From contig JBJEYY010000115.1 in assembly GCA_051887095.1 (NCBI GenBank), positions 1 through 46,176 on the forward strand: 46,176 bases of DNA, in the 5' to 3' direction. The stretch is from Faecousia sp. Lineage in GTDB: Bacteria; Bacillota; Clostridia; Oscillospirales; Oscillospiraceae. Numbering within the stretch: position 1 is the first letter of the stretch; every line of letters begins with the position of its first letter. Shown in pieces: positions 1 through 9,042 of this stretch. Under the pieces are notes generated by a model. The model was given only the letters and a program-made list of their open reading frames with translations, made no database searches and was not told the origin of the DNA. A program made the translations under genes and the position numbers.

Positions 1-413
1 TAGCCCTCCCGGCCCAGGCCGGTGTCCATGAACATCTCGTTGATGTCCCGGAGCCGGGCGGATTGCTTGTTGATATAATACTCACTGTCCCCGGAGCGGT
101 AATAGCGCCGGGTGACCATCACCTCGTCGGCATCGTAGGCCAGGGCCCGGTCGGAATTGTCCAGGGTCAATGTTGCCTCCGCGAAGCCCACGGCGGTGCG
201 CTTCTGGGTGCCGCCGAAGATCACATCCTCCATTTTTGCGCCCCGAAGGGTTTTGCTGCTCTGCTCGCCCATAACCCAGAGGATGGCATCGGAGATATTT
301 GATTTTCCGGAGCCGTTGGGCCCCACGATGGCGGTAATATCGTCGCCGAAGCGGATCAGGGTCTTGTCCGGGAAGGACTTGAAACCCTGCAGTTCCAAAG
401 ATTTCAGATACAC
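1..413 (-). CDS. smc: Chromosome segregation protein SMC, 5' part (runs off the window edge; missing from the ORF track)
   Basis: Manual translation from GTG at 413: [68 protein letters not shown], with the SMC GFKSF motif and Walker A; AGAGG RBS at 421-425. Confidence 0.96.
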   Translation of the reverse strand, partial: MYLKSLELQGFKSFPDKTLIRFGDDITAIVGPNGSGKSNISDAILWVMGEQSSKTLRGAKMEDVIFGGTQKRTAVGFAEATLTLDNSDRALAYDADEVMVTRRYYRSGDSEYYINKQSARLRDINEMFMDTGLGREG

Positions 414-453
414 AGTATAACCTCTTGCTCATTCAGATAGAAAGAATCAGTTT

Positions 454-482
454 ATTATACCCAGAAACCTTCCAAAAAGCAA
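454..482 (-). promoter_or_regulatory. Sigma-A promoter for smc
   Basis: TTGCTT-17 bp-TATAAT on the minus strand, about 40 nt upstream of the GTG. Confidence 0.65.
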
Positions 483-516
483 GGATTTCTTTCGCTTTCT
501 CCCGGAAATCCACCCA

Positions 517-543
517 AAACAGAAGCCGCCCACCGGGCGGCTT
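517..543 (-). terminator. Intrinsic terminator after the polysaccharide operon
   Basis: AAGCCGCCC-GGT-GGGCGGCTT hairpin followed by CTGTTTT on the minus strand. Confidence 0.6.
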
Positions 544-566
544 TGCTGTGATATTTGAGTTCCTGC

Positions 567-797
567 AAATTGTTGTTTTGCGAATAATCGCTGTCATTGC
601 GAGCCAGTGCGCACACTGGCGTGGCAATCCCCCGGATAGAAGGGAAATGTACCGAAAAGCGCCCGGAAGAGTGGAAGTCGTCGCGATTTTTGGTGGTAAT
701 CGTTTCCTGGTTCCATTCAACCGGGGGATTGCCACACCAGTCTGCGGACTGGTTCGCAATGACAGATAATTATGGGCGTGCTTTCAAACAACACTTT
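567..797. repeat. REP-doublet element copy 1 (core 591-765, long spacer A)
   Basis: Inverted CTGTCATTGCGA...GTGGCAATCCCC units inside outer AAATTGTTGTTT / AAACAACACTTT ends. Confidence 0.9.
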
Positions 798-813
798 TTC
801 GCTTTCCTTCCGC

Positions 814-2202
814 CTACAGTAGGCTTCTGCGCTTGCGGATTCGCATCAGTTCCCAGACACCCAGAGCAGCGCCAACGGCCCAGCGCAGGAGCCACGCGCC
901 CTGAATCAGGAATACGCTTCCGACTGCCAGGAGATAGCCCGCCAGATACAGCGCCCAGCTTCGAATTCCGAAGGGATAATCCCCCTTTCCCAGGAAATAC
1001 CGGGTGTAGCCATAATGAAGTAGAAGCTGCAGCGCGTGGGATACGGTGGTAGCCAGAGCGGCTCCCGTCATCCCCAGGCTTTGAATCAGCACATAATTCA
1101 GCCCCAGATTCACCAGGGAGCAGCTGACGGTGATTATCGCCACCGCCTTGGTTTTCTTTCGGCTGTATTCGTAGTTCACCGGGAAGGTGCACAGAAAATT
1201 CAGGTAGTACCCGGTGGCGAACAGCGGAATCAGGCCCGCGCCGTCCCAGAAATCCCGTCCGGCGTATACCCGGAACACCTCCGGCGCCAACAGCACAAAG
1301 CCCATGGACAGCACGGTAAACAGTTCCAGAAATGTCTTTGCGCTTGACTTCACCCGGTCCCGTGCACCGTTTTTGATATCATCGAAGAAGAAGGGCACCC
1401 AGGTATTGTTCAGGGAGTGGAAAATGGTGAACAGCACATTGCAGAAGGTATACGCAAGGCCATACATTCCCACACTGTTCGTGTCCACCAGATGCTGAAG
1501 CATCACCTGGTCGCTCTGACCCAGGATCAGATCCGAAAGGTTATAGAATACCAGCGGCAGGCAAAGAGAAAGGCAGAATTTCCAGTAGCCCGGATTCCAG
1601 AAGGTCCTCCCCTGCCAAAGAATAAAGCAGCAGAATACAATTCCCAGGATTCCGTAGACAATTCCATTGCCCAGAATCCGGCCCATGTACCGGCTCTCCT
1701 GAGGAAAGCTCAGCACCAGCGCCAGGGAAACGGCCACGGTGGCTATGGTTGTCCCCGCCGACATGGCAAAATTTTTCCCCGCCTTGAATTCATAGGTGAA
1801 TTTGTTGCCCATGAAGCTGGTCACGAAGGATCCAAAGGCCTGCAGGAGCATCAGCGGAATCAGAATTCGGGGCAGCTGTAGCACCGAGGCCACGCTCCCG
1901 CCAAAGGGTACCATCAATGCTCCGAACACCAGAAAGCAAAGCACCGACAGGCTCATGACAGAGGATTGGTATTTGATCTGATCCTCTTCGGGATATTCCA
2001 GCCTCGCATTTGCCAGGGTCCCCTGGGTTTGCAGCGGAATGGCCACCGCCCCCACCCGGGCCCAGATGTTGTAGACGGACAATACGCCATACCCGCTGGT
2101 ACCCAGCAGCCGGGAAAACACCGGAGCCGTGAATATGGAAATGCCCCGCAGCAGAATATTGCTCAGGAAATTAAAGAATGCGATTTTGTTTTTATTTTTC
2201 AT
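814..2202 (-). CDS. wzx: Wzx-type oligosaccharide flippase
   Basis: About 12 hydrophobic segments; N-terminal 'PVFSRLLGTSGYG' and 'SDQVML...VGMYGLAY' PST-flippase patterns; start reset to MKNKNK with GGAGA RBS. Confidence 0.88.
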   Translation of the reverse strand: MKNKNKIAFFNFLSNILLRGISIFTAPVFSRLLGTSGYGVLSVYNIWARVGAVAIPLQTQGTLANARLEYPEEDQIKYQSSVMSLSVLCFLVFGALMVPFGGSVASVLQLPRILIPLMLLQAFGSFVTSFMGNKFTYEFKAGKNFAMSAGTTIATVAVSLALVLSFPQESRYMGRILGNGIVYGILGIVFCCFILWQGRTFWNPGYWKFCLSLCLPLVFYNLSDLILGQSDQVMLQHLVDTNSVGMYGLAYTFCNVLFTIFHSLNNTWVPFFFDDIKNGARDRVKSSAKTFLELFTVLSMGFVLLAPEVFRVYAGRDFWDGAGLIPLFATGYYLNFLCTFPVNYEYSRKKTKAVAIITVSCSLVNLGLNYVLIQSLGMTGAALATTVSHALQLLLHYGYTRYFLGKGDYPFGIRSWALYLAGYLLAVGSVFLIQGAWLLRWAVGAALGVWELMRIRKRRSLL

Positions 2203-2213
2203 GTAGTCTCCAA

Positions 2214-3212
2214 TTATCTGCCCACATGGTAGAGCTTCCGCAGCGGGCCATAAACATCCGCGCAAATCAGCAGCCAGGTAAGGCGCTCCTGGGCATGGGG
2301 CAGCGGACTTGTCAGCAGGAAGGGCAGGAAGCCGCGCAGCTCCCACCGCAGCTCCCGGTATTCCGAAGCAAACTGTTTCTTCACATCCCCGCCTGCCAAA
2401 TCCATTCGCTGGAGGGTGTGTCCCAGGTGCCACACATGGAAATATTCCGCCCGTTTCCCAAGGGCGGGATGGTTCTTCCGGATATCCTCCAGTACCGCCC
2501 GGGAATGCTGGCAGACGTGGAGATTCTTCGGGGTAAAGCCCGCTGCGGTGATGCTGCCGGGTCGATGATAGTAGTTGTAAAGCGGTTTCGCCAGCATTCC
2601 CACCCGTCCGGCATCCAGGGCAATCCGGTACGTGGTGGGCACATCCTCACAGATCTTCCCCAGAGGATAGCGAATATCCCGGAAAAGGGACCGGTGGTAC
2701 AGCTTGTCCCAGGCGGCGGAATCCACATTGTCCCAAGTGAAAATCCGTCCGCAAAGCTCTTCTCCGGAAATCACTTCCCGCTTGGGAGGACACAGACCCA
2801 CAATTTTTTCCCCGGTTTTGCTGCTGACATCATAGCGCCCGCCGCAGACCAGCTTCACTTTCTCCTCCAAAGCCATTGCCAGAAGCTGACCGTAGGTTTC
2901 CGGTTCAATCCAGTCGTCACTGTCCACAAACCCAATGTACTCCCCCCGGGCTACGTCAATTCCGGCGTTTCTGGCGCTGCTTAAGCCCCCGTTTTCCTTG
3001 TGGATCACCCGGATTCTGGAATCCTTGGAGGCATATTCGTCACACATCGCCCCGCACTGGTCCGGAGAACCGTCATCCACCAGGAGGATTTCCAAATTCC
3101 GGTAGGTTTGTCCGAGGATGGAATCCACGCACCGGGCAAGATACTCCTCCACCTTGTATACGGGCACAATCACACTGATCAGAGGGGTTTTATTTGTGGC
3201 GGTCTCTTCCAT
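2214..3212 (-). CDS. Glycosyltransferase family 2
   Basis: ISVIVPVYKVE, VDDGSPD, NGGLSSARNAG, FVDSDD motifs; start chosen by AGGAG spacing (alternative 3221). Confidence 0.93.
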   Translation of the reverse strand: MEETATNKTPLISVIVPVYKVEEYLARCVDSILGQTYRNLEILLVDDGSPDQCGAMCDEYASKDSRIRVIHKENGGLSSARNAGIDVARGEYIGFVDSDDWIEPETYGQLLAMALEEKVKLVCGGRYDVSSKTGEKIVGLCPPKREVISGEELCGRIFTWDNVDSAAWDKLYHRSLFRDIRYPLGKICEDVPTTYRIALDAGRVGMLAKPLYNYYHRPGSITAAGFTPKNLHVCQHSRAVLEDIRKNHPALGKRAEYFHVWHLGHTLQRMDLAGGDVKKQFASEYRELRWELRGFLPFLLTSPLPHAQERLTWLLICADVYGPLRKLYHVGR

Positions 3213-3247
3213 GGTTCCCATCTCCTCTTGTACAAATTCAAGCCGAT

Positions 3248-3436
3248 AAATTGTTGTTTAGCGCACCAAAAAGCGCTGTCATTGCGAGCCAGTGCGCACA
3301 CTGGCGTGGCAATCCCCGAAGAATTTAGGGCGGTTTTCGTTACGTTTCCCCTTTTTACCAGGGGATTGCCACACCACTTAAGCGGACTGGTTCGCAATGA
3401 CAGAAAACTTTGAACGTGTAGTGTAAACAACAATTT
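3248..3436. repeat. REP-doublet element copy 2 (core 3276-3403, short spacer B)
   Basis: Perfect outer IR AAATTGTTGTTTA/TAAACAACAATTT around two inverted REP units. Confidence 0.92.
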
Positions 3437-3442
3437 GTCTTT

Positions 3443-4699
3443 CTACTTTCCGCTATCTTCAATCTTCCTGTATATTCCCACCAGATCCTCCAGGTTCTTC
3501 CTGGGGTCATGGGTTATCCGGGCATGTTCCGACGCGGCAGCGCCCATGGCCTCCGCCTTGTCTTCCAGGGCGAACACCTGCCTGATGCAGCTTGCCAGCA
3601 TATAGGGCGCGGTGGACTGATATGTAAGACCTTCCTTGCCGCTTGCCATCATGGTGGTCACGCCGCCTACATCCGACGCCACGCAGGGGGTCCCCAGCAG
3701 CATGGCCTCCCCCAGGGAGTTGGGGGAATTCTCGATGGTGGAAGGGAGGGCGAACACATGGGCTTTGAGAAACTGCTCCTTCATCCCCTCGGGAGAGAGC
3801 TTCCCCAGAAACTCTATTTTCCCCGTCAGGCCGTATTGTTCCGCTTTTCTTTTCAGATATCTGTGGTAATTATCCTGGTGAAGCTTCCCTTTCCTGTCCA
3901 GCTTCAGAAAGCTTTTCCCGGGAACCGCCAGGACGGCATCCGGGTATTCCTTTACCACTTCCGCCAGGGCCTCCAGCAGATAGTGGAAGCCCTTCACGGG
4001 GTACACACAGCTGGAAGCGAAAATCCGGTGCTTTTGGCATTCCGCATAGCTCCACCGCCCCTCGTAGAAGGGCTCCCGCAGGGTTTCGTTGCAGAAATGA
4101 TACGTAGCCTCAGGCGCAAGCATTTGGGCGCAGGCAAAATCCCAAGGGGTTCTCCCGATGACATGCCTCGCCTTTTGAAGGGCCCGGACTTCCAAACTAC
4201 CCCGCTTTTCATAAACGCGCTGTTGGCCCAGAATATTCTCCCGTTTGAGAAAGTCATGCAATGTATATTGCCTCTGAACCTTTACAGGAATTCCCTCGGC
4301 ATAGTGCCGGGCATACACGGAGCAAAGCCCCTGGATGCTGATGACGCAGCGATCCGCCATGCCCAGCTTTTCGGCGGCGTTCATCATAGCCAGGGTGTGG
4401 GCGTATTCCGTCCCCCAGATGTGAATCACATCCGGCTGGTATGCTTTCAGTTCCTCCAGGAAAAAGGCCTCCACCTCCGGCAGATACCGGTAGGGCTCTT
4501 TGTCCCGGAAGGCGGCGAAGCTGCACCTGTCATCCAGGCTGCCCCGGGTATCTCCCCCGGGGGAGAGAATATGAATGCGGAGTCCTTCCTGACGCAGGTC
4601 ACTCAGAACATGGTCCACCCACAGCCCACTGCCCGGCTTACCGCTGACCTTCTCCCGGATCTTCCCGGGCATCATATTGCATAACCAAAGCAGTTTCAT
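3443..4699 (-). CDS. Glycosyltransferase family 4
   Basis: PDVIHIWGTE and ENSPNSLGEAMLLGTPCV (ExxxxxxxE) motifs. Confidence 0.9.
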   Translation of the reverse strand: MKLLWLCNMMPGKIREKVSGKPGSGLWVDHVLSDLRQEGLRIHILSPGGDTRGSLDDRCSFAAFRDKEPYRYLPEVEAFFLEELKAYQPDVIHIWGTEYAHTLAMMNAAEKLGMADRCVISIQGLCSVYARHYAEGIPVKVQRQYTLHDFLKRENILGQQRVYEKRGSLEVRALQKARHVIGRTPWDFACAQMLAPEATYHFCNETLREPFYEGRWSYAECQKHRIFASSCVYPVKGFHYLLEALAEVVKEYPDAVLAVPGKSFLKLDRKGKLHQDNYHRYLKRKAEQYGLTGKIEFLGKLSPEGMKEQFLKAHVFALPSTIENSPNSLGEAMLLGTPCVASDVGGVTTMMASGKEGLTYQSTAPYMLASCIRQVFALEDKAEAMGAAASEHARITHDPRKNLEDLVGIYRKIEDSGK

Positions 4700-4712
4700 G
4701 GAATTCCTCCCG

Positions 4713-5864
4713 TTATTTTAGCATATCCAGGATTTTTTGTGCCTGAATCACATTGTTGCGTTCCTCCAGGACAAATTGCCGTGCCTTCGCTCCCGCGGCA
4801 AACAGAGCCTCATCCGGAAGCATCAATGTTCTTTCCAGTGCCCGGGCCACCCCGTCTACAGTTTCCTCGTCAATAAAGAATACATAGGGCGCATATTCCC
4901 GGGGCATTCCCGGCAGCCTGGTCGTCAGCACAGGCGTACCGGAGGCCATGTACTCCATGGTCTTGGAGGGGAAGGAATACTTCACATATTCCTCATGGGT
5001 GGGTCTGGGATTCACCAGCAGCACAGCCTCCTGCTCCTTGACCACAATTTCCCGATTCAGAAGCATCCCACCATAATACACCCGGGAATCTTCCGCCGCA
5101 ATATTCTCCAGCTCCTTCACATAATCCCCGGGACCGTAGATTTCCAGTCGGGTGTTTGGAATATTTGCTTTTTGAAACCCCTCCACAAGAAGATGCAGCC
5201 CATACCGACGGCTGACGCCCCCCGCGTACAGACACACCCGGGGGCTGGCCTTCCGCTCCGGGGAGGGCACATAGTCTTTCATAGCGATATCCGCATGCCC
5301 CTCCAGAATCACATGGGGTTTTCCGGAAGGATTGACAACCCGGTTCATTTCCTCCGTCAGCAGAACATAGTTCGTGCATCTGCGGATAACGAAGTTTGCA
5401 ACGCTTTTGGAAAAGCGGCCTCCCCCCAGCATATCGGGCAAGTCTGTAATGATTCCAACACACCTGCAGCCCCGGGCTTTGGCCGCCAGCAGTGCGGAAA
5501 GGGCCGCCGTCCGGTTCAGGCAATCCACCACAACAGCGGAATCTCTCCGGGCCAGACAGAAGGTTTTCCAGAACACGCCCCCCGCCACACAAACCGCCTT
5601 CAGCACCGGGTTCCGAATCGCCGGGAGATAGTGATACCTGGCACCGCCCTCCGTCTCCTCCGGAATGAGAAGAAATTCCTGCTTCAGGCAGCTTCTGTTC
5701 CCGGGAGGGTTTGCCACCACATCTACCTGAGCATTTGCGGCAAGCCCCTCAATGAGAAGCCTGTGATACTTCTGCGCCTGAAATGCCGGCATCCGGGTAC
5801 AATGCGCGAACAGCTTCTGGTAAATGCCATCCGAACAGGTAGTCACGCTGTAAACAATATGCAT
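4713..5864 (-). CDS. Glycosyltransferase, GT-B / family 4-like
   Basis: LVNPRP...YSFPSKTMEYMASGTPV signature. Confidence 0.88.
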   Translation of the reverse strand: MHIVYSVTTCSDGIYQKLFAHCTRMPAFQAQKYHRLLIEGLAANAQVDVVANPPGNRSCLKQEFLLIPEETEGGARYHYLPAIRNPVLKAVCVAGGVFWKTFCLARRDSAVVVDCLNRTAALSALLAAKARGCRCVGIITDLPDMLGGGRFSKSVANFVIRRCTNYVLLTEEMNRVVNPSGKPHVILEGHADIAMKDYVPSPERKASPRVCLYAGGVSRRYGLHLLVEGFQKANIPNTRLEIYGPGDYVKELENIAAEDSRVYYGGMLLNREIVVKEQEAVLLVNPRPTHEEYVKYSFPSKTMEYMASGTPVLTTRLPGMPREYAPYVFFIDEETVDGVARALERTLMLPDEALFAAGAKARQFVLEERNNVIQAQKILDMLK

Positions 5865-5867
5865 TCG

Positions 5868-6971
5868 TTATCTCCCGTGCTCAAAAATCTCCTGATGCAC
5901 CCTTGCCATGTTCTCGATGGTGTAGGGACGCACCTTTTCCAGGGCCGCGGCGCCCATCCGCTGGCATTCCCCGGCCAGGGCCTCGTTCATTTTCTCCGCC
6001 AGGGCGTCCGCGTCCTCCACGGGGACGATGTAGCCGGTCACCCCATTCTCCACCAGCTCCAGACCCGCCACGCATCTGTCCGTGGTGATCACCGGAAGTC
6101 CAAAGGCCATGGCCTCATTCACCACCAGCCCCCAGATGTCCTCCCGGGTGGGCAGCACAAACAGGTCCGCCGCCTGGTAATATTTCACCAGGGCTTCTTT
6201 TTTCTTGAAGCCCTCAAAATGGATATTGGTAAGGCCCAGCTCCCGGCACAGGTTCAAATACTCCTCGGTAGGCTCCCCTCCCACGATGTAGATGCCCGCA
6301 TCCGGGCCAAGCTGAACGGCAGCCTTCATGAGCACATCAAAGCCCTTCCGGTGGATAAACTGACCGATGGAGAGGATCACCTTTTCATCTTCCATCCCCA
6401 GCTCCCGCCGGAACTCCAGTTTCCGCTCCCGGCGCACCGGTTCCTTCAGAATATCCGCTTCCCAAAGGGAAGAGAAGGGGTACTCCCGTACCTTTTCACG
6501 TTTGGCCCCGTAATGCACCAGGTAATCCGTGGTGGCTTTCCCGGTACTGAGCCAGCCGGAAGCGGAGCCCACCAGCATTTTCTTGAAGCGGAACTGCAAC
6601 CAGGAATCCTGCCGAATCAGCCCTCCGTCCACTTCCAGCCAGAAGGGAATCTTCTTCCTCCGAAGATACAGCATCGCCAGCATCACCGTGGGCGAGGAAT
6701 AGCCGCACAGCACGATCTCGTCCCAGGGCTTTTTCAGCCAATCGATCACATCCGCGCAAAGGGCTCTTCCCTGGATGTTGATACGCTGTTTCTCCAATTG
6801 AACCCACTTAAAATGTCCGCTGCCATCTTCAAACCAGCTACCGCTGCGGTGCTTTTGGTTTTCCCGCCGGTCCGAAAACAACACTGTAAGTTCCGTTTTC
6901 AAACCCAGTGCGTCAAAAAACTGCACTCTGTAGGGAGATGCGTAATTTGTCAGAAAAAGAACTTTTTTCAT
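5868..6971 (-). CDS. Glycosyltransferase family 4
   Basis: GQFIHRKG and EDIWGLVVNEAMAFGLPVI motifs. Confidence 0.92.
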   Translation of the reverse strand: MKKVLFLTNYASPYRVQFFDALGLKTELTVLFSDRRENQKHRSGSWFEDGSGHFKWVQLEKQRINIQGRALCADVIDWLKKPWDEIVLCGYSSPTVMLAMLYLRRKKIPFWLEVDGGLIRQDSWLQFRFKKMLVGSASGWLSTGKATTDYLVHYGAKREKVREYPFSSLWEADILKEPVRRERKLEFRRELGMEDEKVILSIGQFIHRKGFDVLMKAAVQLGPDAGIYIVGGEPTEEYLNLCRELGLTNIHFEGFKKKEALVKYYQAADLFVLPTREDIWGLVVNEAMAFGLPVITTDRCVAGLELVENGVTGYIVPVEDADALAEKMNEALAGECQRMGAAALEKVRPYTIENMARVHQEIFEHGR

Positions 6972-7031
6972 GGGAATCCTTTCCTTCCGGATGATTCTCT
7001 AAAGGTGAATCAGTATGAACAAAATGATGCG

Positions 7032-8036
7032 TCATTTTTCAAAGGAAGATTTCTCTTTCAAAATGCAGTCAAAGGCATCCACCAGCTTCTGTCGAAGAAT
7101 ATGAAAATCATCAATTTTCTCTGAATCATTGATGCAGATCATTTTCATTCTCTGATTCCGGATCACATCCGTAATTCGATCTATATTCTCGAAGCTAATC
7201 TCGAACATTCTCCCGTTTTTAGGACTGCCCGGTACAAATTCTCCCTTTGCAATCTGCCAGTAAATCATCAGATACTGATTCACATCTGCATCATCCCGGA
7301 ACCTGTGGCAGGATATCTTCCGAAGCAAATCCTGTTCTTTTCTCCATACTTCTTCAAAAGTACTTTTCAGAAAAGCAGACGGAAGATGTAAATCATAAAA
7401 TCCAAGATACCTTCGCCACGGCAGCAAAAGCAGAGTCCGTAGATTCTGCACACCGTAAATCGGGTTAATCCATTTTTTCCAGTTAGCCTTAAACTGGGTA
7501 ATAAAATCAAAATGATCCGCAATGATTCCCAAATCATTCAGGATGATGGTTGGGATTCCGTATCTGTTGGGAGTTGGCGGGTTGAGCACTGCCACATCTC
7601 TGGGAAGTCCATTCACGAAATAATCCTTTTCCTTCACAGGAGCGGTCAAGAACATATCATCGTTGAAAAAGACAAATCTCTCTGACAATCCCTCTATGCG
7701 ATGTAAATTCAACTCGATAGGGTTTGCTGAGAAGGTTGGCAAATAATCCGCATCTATATAGTCGCTGTGCTTCACAAAATGGAGCTTCGGATGCTCCATG
7801 TTCAGCCATTTGGGCACATGGCCACAGGTCACAAAGTGGATCTTTCTGACCCAAGGGGCAAACTTTTCAACTCCCCGAAACCAGTAATGCAGGAGATCCC
7901 AATCCCGATAGCGTACATCATTCACATTGAATTTTGCCTCATCAGGACTGTACCTGTTTTTTTCCGCCCGCCATTGTGGATCATTTCCATCCACCCAAAT
8001 CATTACAAAGTCAATTCCACTGTTTTCTTCCTGCAT
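7032..8036 (-). CDS. Stealth-family hexose-1-phosphate transferase
   Basis: CR1 IDFVMIWVDGND, CR2 LHRIEGLSERFVFFNDDMF, CR3 HRFR, CR4 ICIND...KSSFEK. Confidence 0.92.
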   Translation of the reverse strand: MQEENSGIDFVMIWVDGNDPQWRAEKNRYSPDEAKFNVNDVRYRDWDLLHYWFRGVEKFAPWVRKIHFVTCGHVPKWLNMEHPKLHFVKHSDYIDADYLPTFSANPIELNLHRIEGLSERFVFFNDDMFLTAPVKEKDYFVNGLPRDVAVLNPPTPNRYGIPTIILNDLGIIADHFDFITQFKANWKKWINPIYGVQNLRTLLLLPWRRYLGFYDLHLPSAFLKSTFEEVWRKEQDLLRKISCHRFRDDADVNQYLMIYWQIAKGEFVPGSPKNGRMFEISFENIDRITDVIRNQRMKMICINDSEKIDDFHILRQKLVDAFDCILKEKSSFEK

Positions 8037-8044
8037 TCTTTATC

Positions 8045-8106
8045 CCACCTTTCTCAAACTGATCTCATCCGAAGGAATCCTTCGGTCAGTTGTACATGAA
8101 AGGTGG
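8045..8106 (-). promoter_or_regulatory. Three-tier hairpin covering the Stealth Shine-Dalgarno
   Basis: Nested inverted repeats: 8045-8053/8098-8106 (CCACCTTTC/GAAAGGTGG), 8057-8062/8086-8091, 8069-8075/8079-8085; the SD GAAAGGTGG sits 8 nt before the ATG at 8036. Confidence 0.65.
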
Positions 8107-8178
8107 TTATGCAGTTTCAGCTGTGTGTATTCTTGTTCGTTAGATGTCTTTTCCCTCAGAAGAAGGGCGTGAACAAGG

Positions 8179-9039
8179 TTATTCCACAGCATCCGGAGGT
8201 AAACAAAGATTACCCCCCCCCCCCTTGATTTCGAACTTAAGTTCTAATATCTGGTGGCGGTTCTCCCGTTTTCCCTCCGGCGGAGGGGTCATAAAGTCGC
8301 CGTACAGCGAGGTCAAAAAACTGTTATACTCCTTGGGACCAGGGAACGCTTCCCCTTCATAGGGATACTCTGTCAGCTGCTCGCACCATTCTCTGGGGAA
8401 ATAGTAGGCGATGGGCAGTGCGCTCTGCTCATACACCGTATCCCCGGTCGCCACGGCACGAATCGTGTCCTCGTAAGCCTTAATCAGCTTCTCCTGGCTG
8501 AAAAACAGCGCCGCCGCCTGATACAGAAGGTAACCGATCCGCTTTTTCCAGATGATCCGGGTTTCCTCCCGCCAGGGGGTATAGCCGGACTTCATCAGCT
8601 TCATACGGTAGAGTTGAAGCAGCTTCCAGGCCAGCTTCTTCCTCTGTCCCAAATCCTCAGGCGCAAAGTCCAAGGGGTACACATCCACATAGATGCCATT
8701 TTCCGACAGCGGCTTGCACTTTGCCTCTACAAATAAGGTGCCCCGCTTACGCACCTTTCCGAAGGGGTGGGCATACCCCGGATCCGTGTGCCAGTCCTGA
8801 AAGCAGAACCGCTTGTCCATCTTCTCGGCGGCGACAGCCCGGAACCGGTCATAGTCCTCCCGGAGCATGGCAAAATCCATATCATCATCCCAGGGAATGA
8901 ACCCCTTGTGCCGCACCGCCCCCAGGAAGGTTCCCCGGTAGAGAAAATACCGGATTCCGTTCTCCTCGCAGACCCGTTTGATTTCTTTGGCAATCTCCAG
9001 CTCGGCCAGCTGTACCTTTCTCAGAACATCCCGCTCCAT
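8179..9039 (-). CDS. licD: LicD-family phosphotransferase
   Basis: GTFLGAVRHKGFIPWDDDMDFAM, DVYPLD and LYGDFMTPPP motifs. Confidence 0.93.
   Translation of the reverse strand: MERDVLRKVQLAELEIAKEIKRVCEENGIRYFLYRGTFLGAVRHKGFIPWDDDMDFAMLREDYDRFRAVAAEKMDKRFCFQDWHTDPGYAHPFGKVRKRGTLFVEAKCKPLSENGIYVDVYPLDFAPEDLGQRKKLAWKLLQLYRMKLMKSGYTPWREETRIIWKKRIGYLLYQAAALFFSQEKLIKAYEDTIRAVATGDTVYEQSALPIAYYFPREWCEQLTEYPYEGEAFPGPKEYNSFLTSLYGDFMTPPPEGKRENRHQILELKFEIKGGGGNLCLPPDAVE
8213..8224 (-). repeat. G12 homopolymer tract at the 3' end of licD
   Basis: Twelve consecutive C on the plus strand, encoding KGGGG; the longest homopolymer I saw in the window. Confidence 0.9.
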
Positions 9040-9042
9040 GGC

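Noticed and set aside
82-432. 116-aa minus-strand ORF at the left edge
   Set aside because: Wrong frame; the real gene is smc, starting at GTG 413 and running off the window.
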